Shown here piece after piece: positions 1 through 11,966 of a stretch of 64,000 nt of DNA (positions within the stretch are counted from its first letter, which is position 1; every line of letters begins with the position of its first letter). This stretch comes from Antedon mediterranea (taxonomy: Eukaryota > Animalia > Echinodermata): NCBI RefSeq assembly GCF_964355755.1, contig NC_092678.1, positions 7,952,422 to 8,016,421 on the forward strand. The letters are read 5' to 3'. Position numbers and translations under genes: made by a program. The notes beneath the pieces were generated by a model. It did not search any database, was not told where the DNA came from, and saw nothing but the letters and a program-made list of their open reading frames with translations.

Positions 1-459
1 ATATGGCAATACAATTACGTGCGTAGCGCATGTAACGCATGCGTACGCGCGCTTAACATTTTCAAAATTTATTTTCGATGAAATAAGAGTACATTTCAGG
101 CAATTTTAAGCGTTTACAAAATTGCCATGAGTGCGCATATTTTTGCGCGCGCATTGCGCGTTAAATGTTATTGCGCACTCTTTTTGCCCGATTTCTGTTT
201 TCTTGACTTACTTTTCAACTCGAAATTACGTTATACGAGCACGTCGAAAGTGACAGGCTACGCACGTGTAAATTTAAAAAAAATAAATGTTTTTAAACAT
301 TTCAACATTTTTAAACATGTTCAGTAATTTCGGTCAGTATAGTTCACTATGTCGGTCGGTCGGTCTCTCTGTCTGTCTGTCTGTCGGTCTGTCGGTCTGT
401 CTGTCGGTCCGGTATCACTATGCATTGTAGCACGCGACTTAATGGCTGTTGGCCTTGTT
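1..459 (+). mobile_element. 3' end of a Helentron/HINE-like non-autonomous element (5' end outside window)
   Basis: 1-260 is homologous to the body of the element at 61266-62635 (e.g. tatacgagcacgtcgaaagtgaca vs catacgagcacgtcaaattggaca). A (GTCT/GTCG)n microsatellite lies at 351-410, and the element ends tagcacgcgac...ggctgttggcc-ttgtt. Confidence 0.5.
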
Positions 460-1685
460 TTCAGTAATTTGCCTTTGGATTTATATATATATATATGTAT
501 ATGAAGAGAGGCACACACCAAACCAAAGAGAGAAAAATGTTTTATTTAGTTTATACTTAATTAATGGGAAACAAGTTGATGAATGTAAGGTCTAGGTTAT
601 AGACGGAGTTTTACTGAATATTAATAAAAGGATATATCTTTTGGCACATATGGCGTTTCATACGTATACTACTTGACTTGAAACTATTTCAGACAAACAT
701 CGAAAGAGCCAACTGGTGGACTTACATAAAAAGACAGACTTGGGGCAAGTCTAGTTACACACTTACTATTGACAAAGATCTTATGCCAGATAATAAATTG
801 TACACAATTTTACTTAAATGCTAATTTTGACATCGTAACTTTCATTAGCCTATAATAACCAGACATGACTTTTGGGAAAAAAAAGCCTGATTCGGAGTCA
901 TCTCATTCATAAAGAAAAACACAGTTGTTGTTCAGTGTAGAGTAAAAAGGTAATAATTCAATATATAATGCGTTATCATGATCTTTTAGAGTCAAAGTAA
1001 CTAGTTATGTCAACAAATAACAGGGTCGAAATTTGGTCATTTTTCGAAAATGTCCGTGTAGGCCTGTTATAGTAGCCTACAGGGATTTTTTTCAAAAAAA
1101 GCGACTTTTTAAAATTCAATTATATGCAATAATATTGCCATATATGCCCATATATTGCATTATCATCATCTTATAGAGTCATAGTAACTAGTTATGTCAA
1201 CAAATAAAAGGGTCTGAATTTGGTAATTTTTCGAAAACAGAGATTTTTTTAAAAATGGCCAAAATATTGACTATTTAAAATTCAATTATTATGCAATAAT
1301 ATTGCCATATATGCAAATATAGGCCTATTGCGTTATCATCATCTTATAGAGTCATAGTAACTAGTTATGTCATAAAATAAAAGGGTCGAAATTTGGTCAT
1401 TTTTCGAACACTTTCCTGTACTATTATAGTACAGGGATTTATAACTAGTTACTATGATTATAAAGATGATGATAACGCAATATATGTGCATATATGGCAA
1501 CATTATGGCATAATAATTAAATTTTAAAGCAATATATGTGCATATATGGCAATATTATGGCATAATAATTTAATTTTAAAGCAATATATGGGCATATATA
1601 GCGATAATAACGCATAATTATTGAATTTCAAAAAGTCGAAATTTTGGCTTTTTTTAAAAAAATTCAATAATTATGCGATAATATC

Positions 1686-2092
1686 TTTATTTTGTTTTTT
1701 ATTTTTATTTTATTTAATCGAAACCAACAGCGATAATTACCGCCACTAACAGGTTTGATACAAACAAAGCCAGGACTGTTTAAAGCACCTTGATTGGTCC
1801 TAACATTGATCAAGGGCTTCTCTCGTCCAGTGCCCACCTTGACCAGAGGTCTGAGGCAGATACTAGATGCAGGGGCTGCCATAAGAGTCAGCAGTGCTGA
1901 TTTCAAATGCCTAACGGGACCCCAGCTCCGTATACAGCACCCGTTATTCCCAGATGGTCTCTCATCCAAGCTCTAACCAGGCCCAACGTCGCTTAACTTC
2001 GGTGATCTGACGAGAACCGGTTTTTCAACGTGGTAAAGCCGTATATTCAACGTGGTAAAGCCGTATATCAACGTAGTAAAGCCGTATATATA
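1686..2092 (-). mobile_element. 5S rRNA-derived SINE (SINE3-like)
   Basis: Minus strand reads: 5S-like head, then a ~215-bp unrelated body, then an (AAAAT)n tail at 1686-1715. It interrupts the satellite motif gataatatc|gctata, with atatc on both sides. Confidence 0.8.
1932..2044 (-). pseudogene. 5S rRNA-like sequence (head of the SINE, not a functional 5S gene)
   Basis: Reverse complement atacggctttaccacgttgaaaaaccggttctcgtcagatcaccgaagttaagcgacgttgggcctggttagagcttggatgagagaccatctgggaataacgggtgctgtat matches metazoan 5S rRNA with several substitutions. There is no oligo-T terminator after it. Confidence 0.85.
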
Positions 2093-3445
2093 TATCGCTA
2101 TATATGCGCATATATTGCTTTGCAACAACGTATAGAGCCATAATACACACTTTTGTCGAAAAATAAAAGGGCCAAAATTTTGCCATTTTCGGAAAAATTC
2201 CTTATATTGCTTTGCAACAACTTATAGATCCAAAATACACACTTTTTGAAAAATAAAAGGGTCGAAATTTGGCAATTTTCGGAAAAATTCGTTTACTATA
2301 GTACAGGGATTTTTTTTTCGAAAAATGCCCAAAATATCTACTTTTTAAAATTCAATAATTATGAAATAATATTGCTATATATGCGCATATATTGCTTTGC
2401 AACAACTTATAGAGCCATAATACCCACTTTTGTCGAAAAATAAAAGGGTCGAAATTTTGCCATTTTCTGAAAAAGGCCGAAAATATCGACTTTTTAAAAT
2501 TCAATAATTATGCGATAATATCGCTATATATGCGCATATATTGCTTTGCAACAACTTATAGAGCCATAATACACACTTTTTTTTGAAAAATAAAAGGGTC
2601 GAAATTTTGCCATTTTCTGAAAAAATGCCCAAAATATTGACTTTTTAAAATTCAATATTTATGCGATAATATCGCTATATATGCGCATATATTGCTTTGC
2701 AACAACGTATAGATCCATAATACACACTTTTGTCGATAAATAAAAGGGTCGAAATTTTGCAATTTTCTGACAAAATCCCTGTATTATATAGTACAGGGAT
2801 TTTTTTGAAAATTGGCCAAAATATCGACTTTTTAAAATTCAATAATTATGCGATAATATCGCTATATATGCGCATATATTGCTTTGCAACAACTTATAGA
2901 GCCATAATACACACTTTTGTTGAAAAATAAAAGGGTCGAAATTTTGCAATTTTCTGTACTGTACTATAGTACAGTGACTTTTTCGAAAATTGCCCAAAAT
3001 ATCGACTTTTTTAAATTTAATAATTATGCGATAATATCGCTATATTTGCGAATATATTGCTTTGCAACAACTTATAGACCCATAATACACATATTTGTCG
3101 AAAAATAAAAGGGTCGACATTTTGCCATTTTCTTAAAAAATCCCTGTACTATAATAGTACAGGGATTTTTTCAGAAAATGGCAAAATGTCGACTATTTAA
3201 AATTCAATTATTATGCAATGATATTGCCATATTATGCACATTATATTGCGTTATCATCATTATAGTCATAGTAACTAGTTATGTCAAAAAATAAAAGCGT
3301 CGAAATTTTGTCATTTTTCGAAAATTTCCGTGTACTATAGTACAGGAATTTTTTCAAAAATGGCCAAAATATCGACTTTTTAAAATTTAATTATTATGCA
3401 ATAATATTGCTATATATGCGCATATATTGTGTTATCATCATCTTA

Positions 3446-3648
3446 AGCCTGTTTTCCTGTCGACGTTATTCGACGCTATCGTCGTTGATCATTAAAGTTC
3501 AACGACGATCGTTTGAAAACGATCAAGTTGAAATGATAATGATAGCGAGTACCTTTTCCTGTAAATCGTTAACATTTCAATGTTTACGCAGAAGATCGCC
3601 GATTATTGTTAACGATAGCATCAAACAACGTCGACAGGAAAACAGGCT
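3446..3648. mobile_element. PIF/Harbinger-type MITE
   Basis: TIR agcctgttttcctgtcgacgtt / aacgtcgacaggaaaacaggct with TTA duplicated on both sides. The empty site atcatcttatagagtc occurs in neighbouring satellite units. Confidence 0.9.
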
Positions 3649-4312
3649 TTATAGAGTCATGGTAACCAGTTAATTAAAATAAATAAAAGCGTCGAAATTT
3701 GGTCATTTTTTTTTTGTTTTTTTTGGAGATTTTTTTCAAAAATAGCCAAAATATCGACTCTTTAAAATTCAATAATTATGCAATAATGTTACTATATATG
3801 CGCATACGTTGCGTTATTATCATCTTATAGAGTCATAGTAACCAAAAAAATCACCCAAAATATGACGTTTTTTAATTTCATTTAATATGCTCTAATATTG
3901 CTATATATGCATGTATATTTCCATACTTTCCAGACTTTTTCTCAAAAACAGAAAAAGGTCGAAATCGTATACAATTCTGCGCATGTCACTGCAATGTCAA
4001 AATGAGTCGACAATTTTTCGCATGTCAATTTTCGAAAATTTATATACTATAGTAGATGGAATTTTTAAAATTATAATATATAAGACGCATATTACGACAT
4101 TATTATGACATAATTTAATTTTTTAAGTTTAACCTTTTTGTTTTTTTTTTGACATAATTGCTTAATATGACTCCATAAGACAATGATACCATAATATTAT
4201 GTGCATATAGTACTATTATATTACCGCTTTTTTTCTTCCAAAGAGGCCTACAAAAGGTCAAACAAAATGTAATATTCGTTACAAAAATCGGACAATAACA
4301 ATATAAGGCTTA

Positions 4313-4390
4313 TACAGTTGAACCTCCCGTAAGCGACCACCCTCGGGACCGGGAAAACTGGCCGCGTACGGGAGGTGACCGCTTACGGGT
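4313..4390. mobile_element. Terminal fragment of a pogo/Tigger-like MITE
   Basis: TA-cagttgaacctcccgtaagcgaccacc followed by an internal inverted copy (gggaggtgaccgcttacggg). The other end was not identified. Confidence 0.4.
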
Positions 4391-4557
4391 TATCCGATTA
4401 TAACTTCGATATAGCTTTGATAGGTCTCACGGCAATATCCGATATAATTACAAGTCAATCTGTAAGATTGTATTTAACTCTGATTGAGAAAAGAGTAAGT
4501 GAATATTACAGTTGTCGCAATACATATTGCGCACTTTAATGTAAATTATGTTAAACA

Positions 4558-5903
4558 CTAGATGGTACGCTCGCTTCGCTCGCGTACCATCTAGGTCGTG
4601 CCCACAGGTGGTTCTCGAATACACAGTAATTTCAGCGTAGCAAAACTGGCGATTTCAAATGTACGTACCGCAGGACTATAATACATTGTCGTTTACAGAA
4701 ACGAATAAATAGACACGATGATTTATGTAGTCAACTAAAATTAGCACCCTGGGAATTACTTCCGAAGGAGAAACTTATCAAAATGAGTCCAAATAAAAAA
4801 TTTGGACTCATTTAAAGAAACCCAATTTGTGTTTTGTATGTAACATTAGGGTTGAGGGATGGCAAAGCGGATAGGTACAAAGAGGAACACTTTTTAAATA
4901 TATTCTGTATCCACTCAGTAACGAAATATTTTTTTCATGTTTTATAGGCCTATAAATACTATACCTGTAAATACAGTAAAACATTTGCGATTTAATAAAT
5001 AATACTTTGTTAAAACTGTCACTGTCATAATCGATTGAAATATTAAAGTACGTGTCACGATACACCACTACGACGTTTATATTTTTGGTAATTATTAATT
5101 AATACAAACGTTGAGAAGGAACTGTCAGTATAAAGTTTATTTGTATATAATAACGTGTTTATATATCTAACAGTAGAGCCTATTCACAATCTCAGTAATA
5201 AAGTTTATTTGTATATATTTTTATATTAAATCTAACAGTACGAACATTCACAGTAAGAAATGTTCGCCCGAATGTTCGATTCAAATGAGGACCAACAATA
5301 GTTAATAGGTATTTACAGTATTGTCAAAGTATTGCAAGTTTATTCTCAAAGGGCCCATATATTTACCTACCGCTTGTGTTAAACCAAGGGCTCATAAATT
5401 TACCTACTTGTGTTAAACCAAACTCTGGCAGACTGAGAGATTGGGATGTTCCATTCATCTCAAATCAATACATTTGTATAAACGTATATTAAATCTATCA
5501 AAATAGTATTTTTAAAGAAAATCGGCCTGTCTTCAACATTATGATGCTGTACTCTAGCTGTTCAACCGGTTTTCAGCCATTAAAAACAATTATCGTAGGA
5601 GGAGATAGGAAAATGCGAAGCCTCCTCGCATTTTTGTGGCGGGTATTTTTCAAGATGGACATCCATTAGATAGTGTATACCACGATCGGAAAACACCCCT
5701 ATTTGGGGCAAATCGTTGAACCTAAATTCGTTTTAATCGTCAATAACTAATTATCTAACTTAATTTAATTAGTAAACAGGGTTACATCAGGTGGTTAAAA
5801 TCAATACCGAAAGTACGAACCAACTTTATATACCATCGAGTACAAATTCTAAAAGTAAGGCGCGATTTACCGAATTTTGCCCTTACGTAAATTTATATAT
5901 AGA
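4558..5903 (-). mobile_element. Non-autonomous Helitron, family 1, copy A
   Basis: Minus strand starts TCTATATATAAATTTACG and ends with hairpin...CATCTAG. It is inserted between A and T with no TSD. An empty-site-like ttaaaca|tacttgtatgccc is at 6071-6090. Confidence 0.9.
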
Positions 5904-6152
5904 TACTTGTATGCCCAATGAGTATGCCACTGCCAAGGCTCTGTTTACACACGGTCACCAATCAGAGGCATAAATAAATTATGCTAAACAAACTTGTATG
6001 CCCAATGAGTATGCCACTGCCAAGGCTCTGTTTACACACGGTCACCAATCACAGGCATAAATAAATTATGTTAAACATACTTGTATGCCCAATGAGTATG
6101 CCACTGCCAAGGCTCTGTTTACACACGGTCACCAATCACAGGCATAAATAAA
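5904..6152. repeat. 87-bp tandem repeat, ~3 copies
   Basis: acttgtatgcccaatgagtatgccactgccaaggctctg... starts at 5905, 5992 and 6079. Confidence 0.9.
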
Positions 6153-8346
6153 TTCCCTGTTCACACGCACAAAATTACTAACGTCATTTTAACCCTGATT
6201 TGTAATACATACTAGGGCTGATCAAAATCGGTTTTGAATCATAATAACCAGATTCTGATTAGTGGAATATTGAGGCGCACAGCAAGCAGGTTAACCAATG
6301 ACAAGCGACAGTTATTCATCGCTTGTGATTGGTCAAATCACTTAGGTTGCGTTACGTCCTTGTGTTTCGTTTTGGGAACCAGGTATGAAAATTGAGATCG
6401 CCCTATCAGATCGATAATTTCTTACACAGACTGACACGATTGGTTAGCTCCCGATAACAACTCTCTAGTGTGAACCATGATTCCATACAAATTTCTAGCG
6501 TGAACCAGGTCTATAAAAACACCTCTGCTCAATTTTCTTATTCAGATAAATCAGTAGCCATGTCTACAAAAAATGAAGGCGTAACAACCACGTTTGAACA
6601 TATAGTCTATTGTATAAGTGGTACACATACTTGTATATAAACACGGAAAGAGTTCAACATAGCATGCAATACTATTATACTAAACATGTTTATAGTCTTA
6701 GTACAGTAATATTATACATTTATAATTATATATTATTATAATAAACAAAAACATATAATAACAAAAATAAAAATATAGGACCGAAGGAAAAATTGATAAT
6801 TTTCTTTATATATAAGTTTCATAAACAAATAATTGTTTGTAACCTGTCTATTGCTCGCTACAAAAAACTGTTAATTAATATACAATTATGACTCAGTTAC
6901 TGAATTTACTAATTAATATAGGTCACTTGGGGTCATATTGAGCACATGTGGGCAGTATTGCAGGTGGCAAAGTATTTGGTTCATGTTTTAAATACAATGG
7001 CAGCAATTAAAAAGCAAGAAATATGAAGAATCAGAAATAAATCAAATAAAGATTTTCGGAATTACTTAAAAAAAATGTGTTTATACTATGACCATAACAA
7101 AAAAAAACAACTGTATGAGACACGTTGGCTATTCCTTATATGATTTAATGTATATACATAAAGTTGAACCCCATCCTTTGGGACACCCCTATGTAGGGGA
7201 CACACCCATTTAAAGGGACAATTTCTTGGGTCCTATGGTTCTCCCTTTAATATTGTAACTATACTATTTCATTTGTTATGAAATATAAATTTATCAAATG
7301 TATGTATCTCTTTAATTTTAATTTCATTTTAATATGAAAAACAAATTAATTAAATAAATGCATTTATGTTTTAGTTTTACTCTTTCATTTATTATGAAAT
7401 ACATATTTATTACATGTATTCATATTTCCATTTCACAATGTATCGTGTTAGCATCATAGTATAAACACACGGATAATTTGTTGATCTAAACCAACATTGT
7501 ATATAACAAAATTATATAATATCTCCAGATAAAAAATATAAACTCACTTTCTACAGAATTACTAGCATGATCGACAACAAGAGGATTTCTCTCAGATATT
7601 TAAACAACTCAATTACAATTTTAATTGTTTACATTAAATTAATTGTAACTCTATCCATATAAAATTATTTAATATATGTTGTTTCAAGATATATTTCCTC
7701 CCCTGAAAATGTGTCATAGTATAGGACCTGGGTCAGATTTGTATGCATTTAATTTAGGAGAGAATATCTCAACTGTTATAGGATAATTTGACCCCAACGA
7801 ACAACATGGAATGTGTGCCAAATTCGCTATCCCGGACGAACATGCCCAAAATCGGGGTCAAAGGTTAAAAATGTGTGGTTCTTATATCTCGACAACCACT
7901 TGCTTTTGGTGTCAAATTGGTCCAAAATATACATATTTATATTCGGTTTAACACAACTTTTAGCAAAAAAATGACCGGAAATGCTTTTACTGACCTTTGA
8001 CCCAAAAATGACCAAAAAACACATTTTCAGGTTAAATTATTCTTTAAAATGTCAATGGACAAACTGTATGGTATCAAATGAAAGCATACACAATATGCTA
8101 CCCATTGCTACCCAACTTGTATTGAAAATTTTTAATTATGAAGCTAATTGTATGGAAAATGTGCATATTTTGATTATTTTTATACAAAAAATTAATATTT
8201 GGTAGCGTAATTGTTATGTTTATTTATATAATATTTTTGATTATTTTTATACAAAAAATGAATATTTGGTAGCGTAATTGTTATGTTTATTTATATAATA
8301 TTAATAATTTAAGTGTTTGAAAAAACTATTTGGTATCAAATGAAAG

Positions 8347-10835
8347 TTACTGTTATGCCTTGTGTACAGACCCCAGACTCAACTGTTTCTTATTGGGATC
8401 AATTTGAATTTGCACTAGCTAGCCAAGAACATTCATTCCATAAATATGAAACGGTTGTCGTTTTGGGCGACTTTAATATCAATTGGCCAAATGCACCACA
8501 TAAATTCTTCGACGTGTTAAACATGTATGGTTTCGATCAATTAGTAAACCAAAATACTCGACCTTCCACAAACGCTAATGATGGCTCACAGATAGATCTC
8601 GTGTTCTCAAACACGGGATCCTCAGTAAGAAATATAAGCGTCGTTGACAATCCAGTCGAGAGCGACCGCCATGCAATTGAATTTGATATCGATTGTCGTC
8701 TCTGTTTACCAACTACATCCACAATACGCTCATTTATTAAGTGGAACAGCGGTGACTTCCATCATCTAAATAATCGCTTGCATTTGGCACCTTCGAGTAT
8801 GTTCCTTAACGAAAATGACGTAAACGCATCATGGAGTGGCTTCATGGACATTATTGATGCCGCAGTTCGCGATAGTTTCCCGAGGGTCAAACGCAGAGCA
8901 CGTAAACAGAGCAGTCCATGGATAACTAAGGATATTAAACGTATGATTCAGAAGAAAAAGAAATTTTTAAAAAATCTAGACGCTCTGGCATACAAGAACA
9001 CTGGGATGCTCACAAGCAATGGCGAAACAAAGTTCACTATGCCATCAGGAAATCATATAAGGATTACGTAAACAATCTATTCAGATCCGCTGACAATAAA
9101 AAACGTTTTTTTTGCGTTTGTGAAAGAAAAACGTTCATCTTCTTTACCCAGTAAATTTATTAATCCAACGAATAACTCTCATTACTCCAACATTGAAGAC
9201 ATTGTAAACGGTTTTAATCGTTATTTTACTTCTATTTTTAATGATGTTAACGTTCATTTTAATTTTAACGAACCTCCCCCCTGTTCTCTTAAATTCCCTG
9301 TACTTGCTGATATTTCATTTAGTCCGAATAATATAATTAACACCATATCTACATTTCGGTCTAATTCCGCTCCTGAACCAGACTTAATATCAGTCAAATT
9401 ACTCAAGCCGATATCGCATTCAATTGCCTATCCCCTTTGGTTGCAGTATCGTACTTCCCTTAATACTGGTACTGTGCCCAATGATTGGAAATGTGTAAAT
9501 ACTATTCGAGTTCATAAATCTGGCGATAAGGCAGCGATAACTAATTATAGACCAGTGGCCCTTTCCTCATTGGTGTGTAAAATTTTAGAGAAGATTATCG
9601 TAAATAACATTAATAACTTTACGTATGACAACGGTTTACTTAACCCTAATCAACATGGTTTTGTCAAACATAAATCTTGCGTAACTCAACTCAATAATGT
9701 TACCTATCACTGGTCAAAAATTCTTGACAAACGTGAGCCAGCAATTATTGATACTCTGTTTTTAGACATGAGCAAAGCATTTGATAAAATGCCCTTCGAC
9801 ATCTTATTAACAACAATTGCTGTAAATTTTAATATTCAAGGTAATATCTGGAAATGGATATCTTCATACTTGACTAACAGGAATCAGAAAGTTTGTTTCA
9901 GGGGAGCTACTTCTTCCGTACTTCCAGTCACATCGGGTATACCTCAGGGCAGTTGTCTTGGTCCAATTTTATTCAATATGTTTGTGAACGATGTTAATCA
10001 TAATGTTTCTTCTGAATGTTTTCTTTTTGCAGATGATATAATACTCTATAGACACAGATAAAATGCCAACGATATTGTTAATTTGCAAAATGATATAAAT
10101 ATTTTATCTAATTGGGCTGATAAGAATCAAATGAAATTCAATTTCAACAAAACTAAATTAATGCATATCACCATAAAGCGTAACTTTGTTAAGCCGTTGT
10201 ACTTTCTTAATGGTGAGACAATTGCGGTGGTTGATAGCCATAGACATTTAGGAGTACATATCGATTCTAAACTGAATTGGAATGTTCAAATTGATAATCT
10301 TATATCTAAAGCTAATCGAATGTTAGGCTGTATTTTTTCTGTAGCCGGAAATTGTTCTCCAGACGCGATTTCGTGTCTGTACAAAACTTTGGTGCTACCT
10401 ATTCTAGAGTATGGTTTTCCGGCGTGGGGCCCCAGAAATGGAGGACACATAAAACGCCTCGAACAGGTTCAGCGACGGGCCTCTAGACGTATTCTGGGAC
10501 CCCACTGCGGACCTATATCATACGATGAACGTTTAATAACTTTGGGTTGGTTATCTTTACGTGATAGACGTTTAATGATTTTAATTTCCTTTATATTTCG
10601 TTGTTTTTATAATGTAACTTGTTGTAGTACTGTAAATAATAATATCCATATCAATCAACGCCATCCTGAATTACTCACATTTGTCCACCCTTTTGCACGT
10701 ACCGATACTTTAAAATATTCGTCTATCAACAACTTTCCTGTTATAATGGTCATCACTACCCTCCATAATCAAAGATCAAGCAGTTACTCTTCCTTTGAAA
10801 AATTTCCTGTCGAAATTGAAAAAATATCTGCTTGA
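8347..10835 (+). pseudogene. Disrupted LINE ORF2 (endonuclease-reverse transcriptase)
   Basis: Three consecutive ORF fragments (8313-9071, 9120-10061, 10083-10835) are separated by frameshifts/stops. The start of the first track ORF lies in host repeat sequence. Confidence 0.88.
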
Positions 10836-11057
10836 TCAACGCTAAATTTATTTTAATTGTGATAGGTGTATTTTAAATTGTGTAACACAGTAATACAAAT
10901 TAATTAAATTTTTTATATATTCTGTATATTTTATATTCATTTTTAACTTGTATTAAGTTGTATGTTACAGGGGTTGCGGACACAAATGTGTTATGGCGCT
11001 CTGTTGCTGTCGCAACCCCTGGACCGCTTGTTGTCGAATAAAGAAATGAAAATGAAA
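8347..11057 (+). mobile_element. 5'-truncated CR1/L2-group LINE with frameshifted ORF2
   Basis: ORF pieces carry endonuclease C-terminal motifs (GDFN, DLVFSN), RT motifs (YRPVAL, QHGF, DMSKAFD, GIPQGSCLGP, FADD) and a CR1/L2-type C-terminus (LEY..PAW.P, LEQVQRRA). The 3' UTR has a stem-loop and an (AAATGA)n tail. It interrupts host repeat ggtatcaaatgaaa|gcccataaaat. Confidence 0.92.
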
Positions 11058-11539
11058 AGCCCATAAAATATTCTATCCATTGCTACCCAACTTGTATTAA
11101 AAATCTGTAATTATGATGCTAATTTTGTTAAAAATGTGCATATTTTATTATTTTTTGACTAAAATGAGTATATTAAATAGTGTAAAGTTATTTTGGTTTA
11201 TTTATAATATTAAATAATTCAAGAGTTCTTTTGGTGTCAAATTGTTTAGAATATACATATTTATATTTGGTCTAACACAACTTTTAGCAAAAAAATGACC
11301 GGAAATGCTTTTACTAACCTTTGACCCAAAAACGACCAAAAAACACATTTTCAGGTTAAATTATTCTTTAAAATGCCAATGGACAAACTGTATGGTATCA
11401 AATGAAAGCATACACAATATGCTACCCATTGCTACCAAACTTGTATTGAAAATTTTTAATTATGAAGCTAATTGTATGGAAAATGTGCATATTTTGATTA
11501 TTTTTATACAAAAAATGAATATTTGGTAGTGTAATTGTT

Positions 11540-11843
11540 ATAATAATAATAATAATAATACCACATTTATATAGCGCCCTTTTCATGAGTAATCATGCTC
11601 AAAGGCGCTTTACAAGCATTATTACCCCAGTATTTTTTGGGATCAAACACGTATGGAAACATACTCCCATAATGCAGCCAGTAACCAGCGCAAAGTTGTG
11701 TCTAGATCTAACTGGGTACCCATTTATACACCTGGGTGGAGAGAGGCAACGTAAGTAAAGTATCTTGCCTACGGATACAAGCAATGCGGCGAGAGTAGTC
11801 CAACGTCCAACACACTGCGCCAGATTCAACACACTGCGCCAGT
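11540..11843 (-). mobile_element. tRNA-derived SINE with L2-type tail
   Basis: Minus strand: A-box-like tggcgcagtgtg, central ggcaagatacttt...ctctctccacccaggtgtataaatgggtacc, then tail tgtaaagcgcctttgagc...ggcgctatataaat-(TTA)n. The B box appears deleted. Confidence 0.85.
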
Positions 11844-11966
11844 TATAATGTTTATTTATATAATATTAAATAATTAAAGTGTTTGAAAAAACTATTTGGT
11901 ATCAAATGAAAGCCCATAAAATATTCTATCCATTGTTACCCAACTTGTATTAAAAATCTGTAATTA

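Larger units (their letters stand above)
950..4230. repeat. Satellite-like tandem array, ~170-190 bp units, two subtypes
   Basis: Recurring core aaataaaagggtcgaaattt...tagtacagggattttt...aaaatatcgactttttaaaattcaataattatgc...tatatatgcgcatatattgc. The short ORFs in the track here are repeat translations. Confidence 0.85.

Noticed and set aside
1932-2044. Functional 5S rRNA gene
   Set aside because: It has multiple substitutions and no terminator, runs into a body and A-rich tail, and interrupts a satellite unit.
2246-3108. Family of three similar 63-66 aa ORFs (also the repeated 74-aa ORFs at 7981, 11305, 13859, 16047)
   Set aside because: These are chance translations of satellite and transposon subrepeats.
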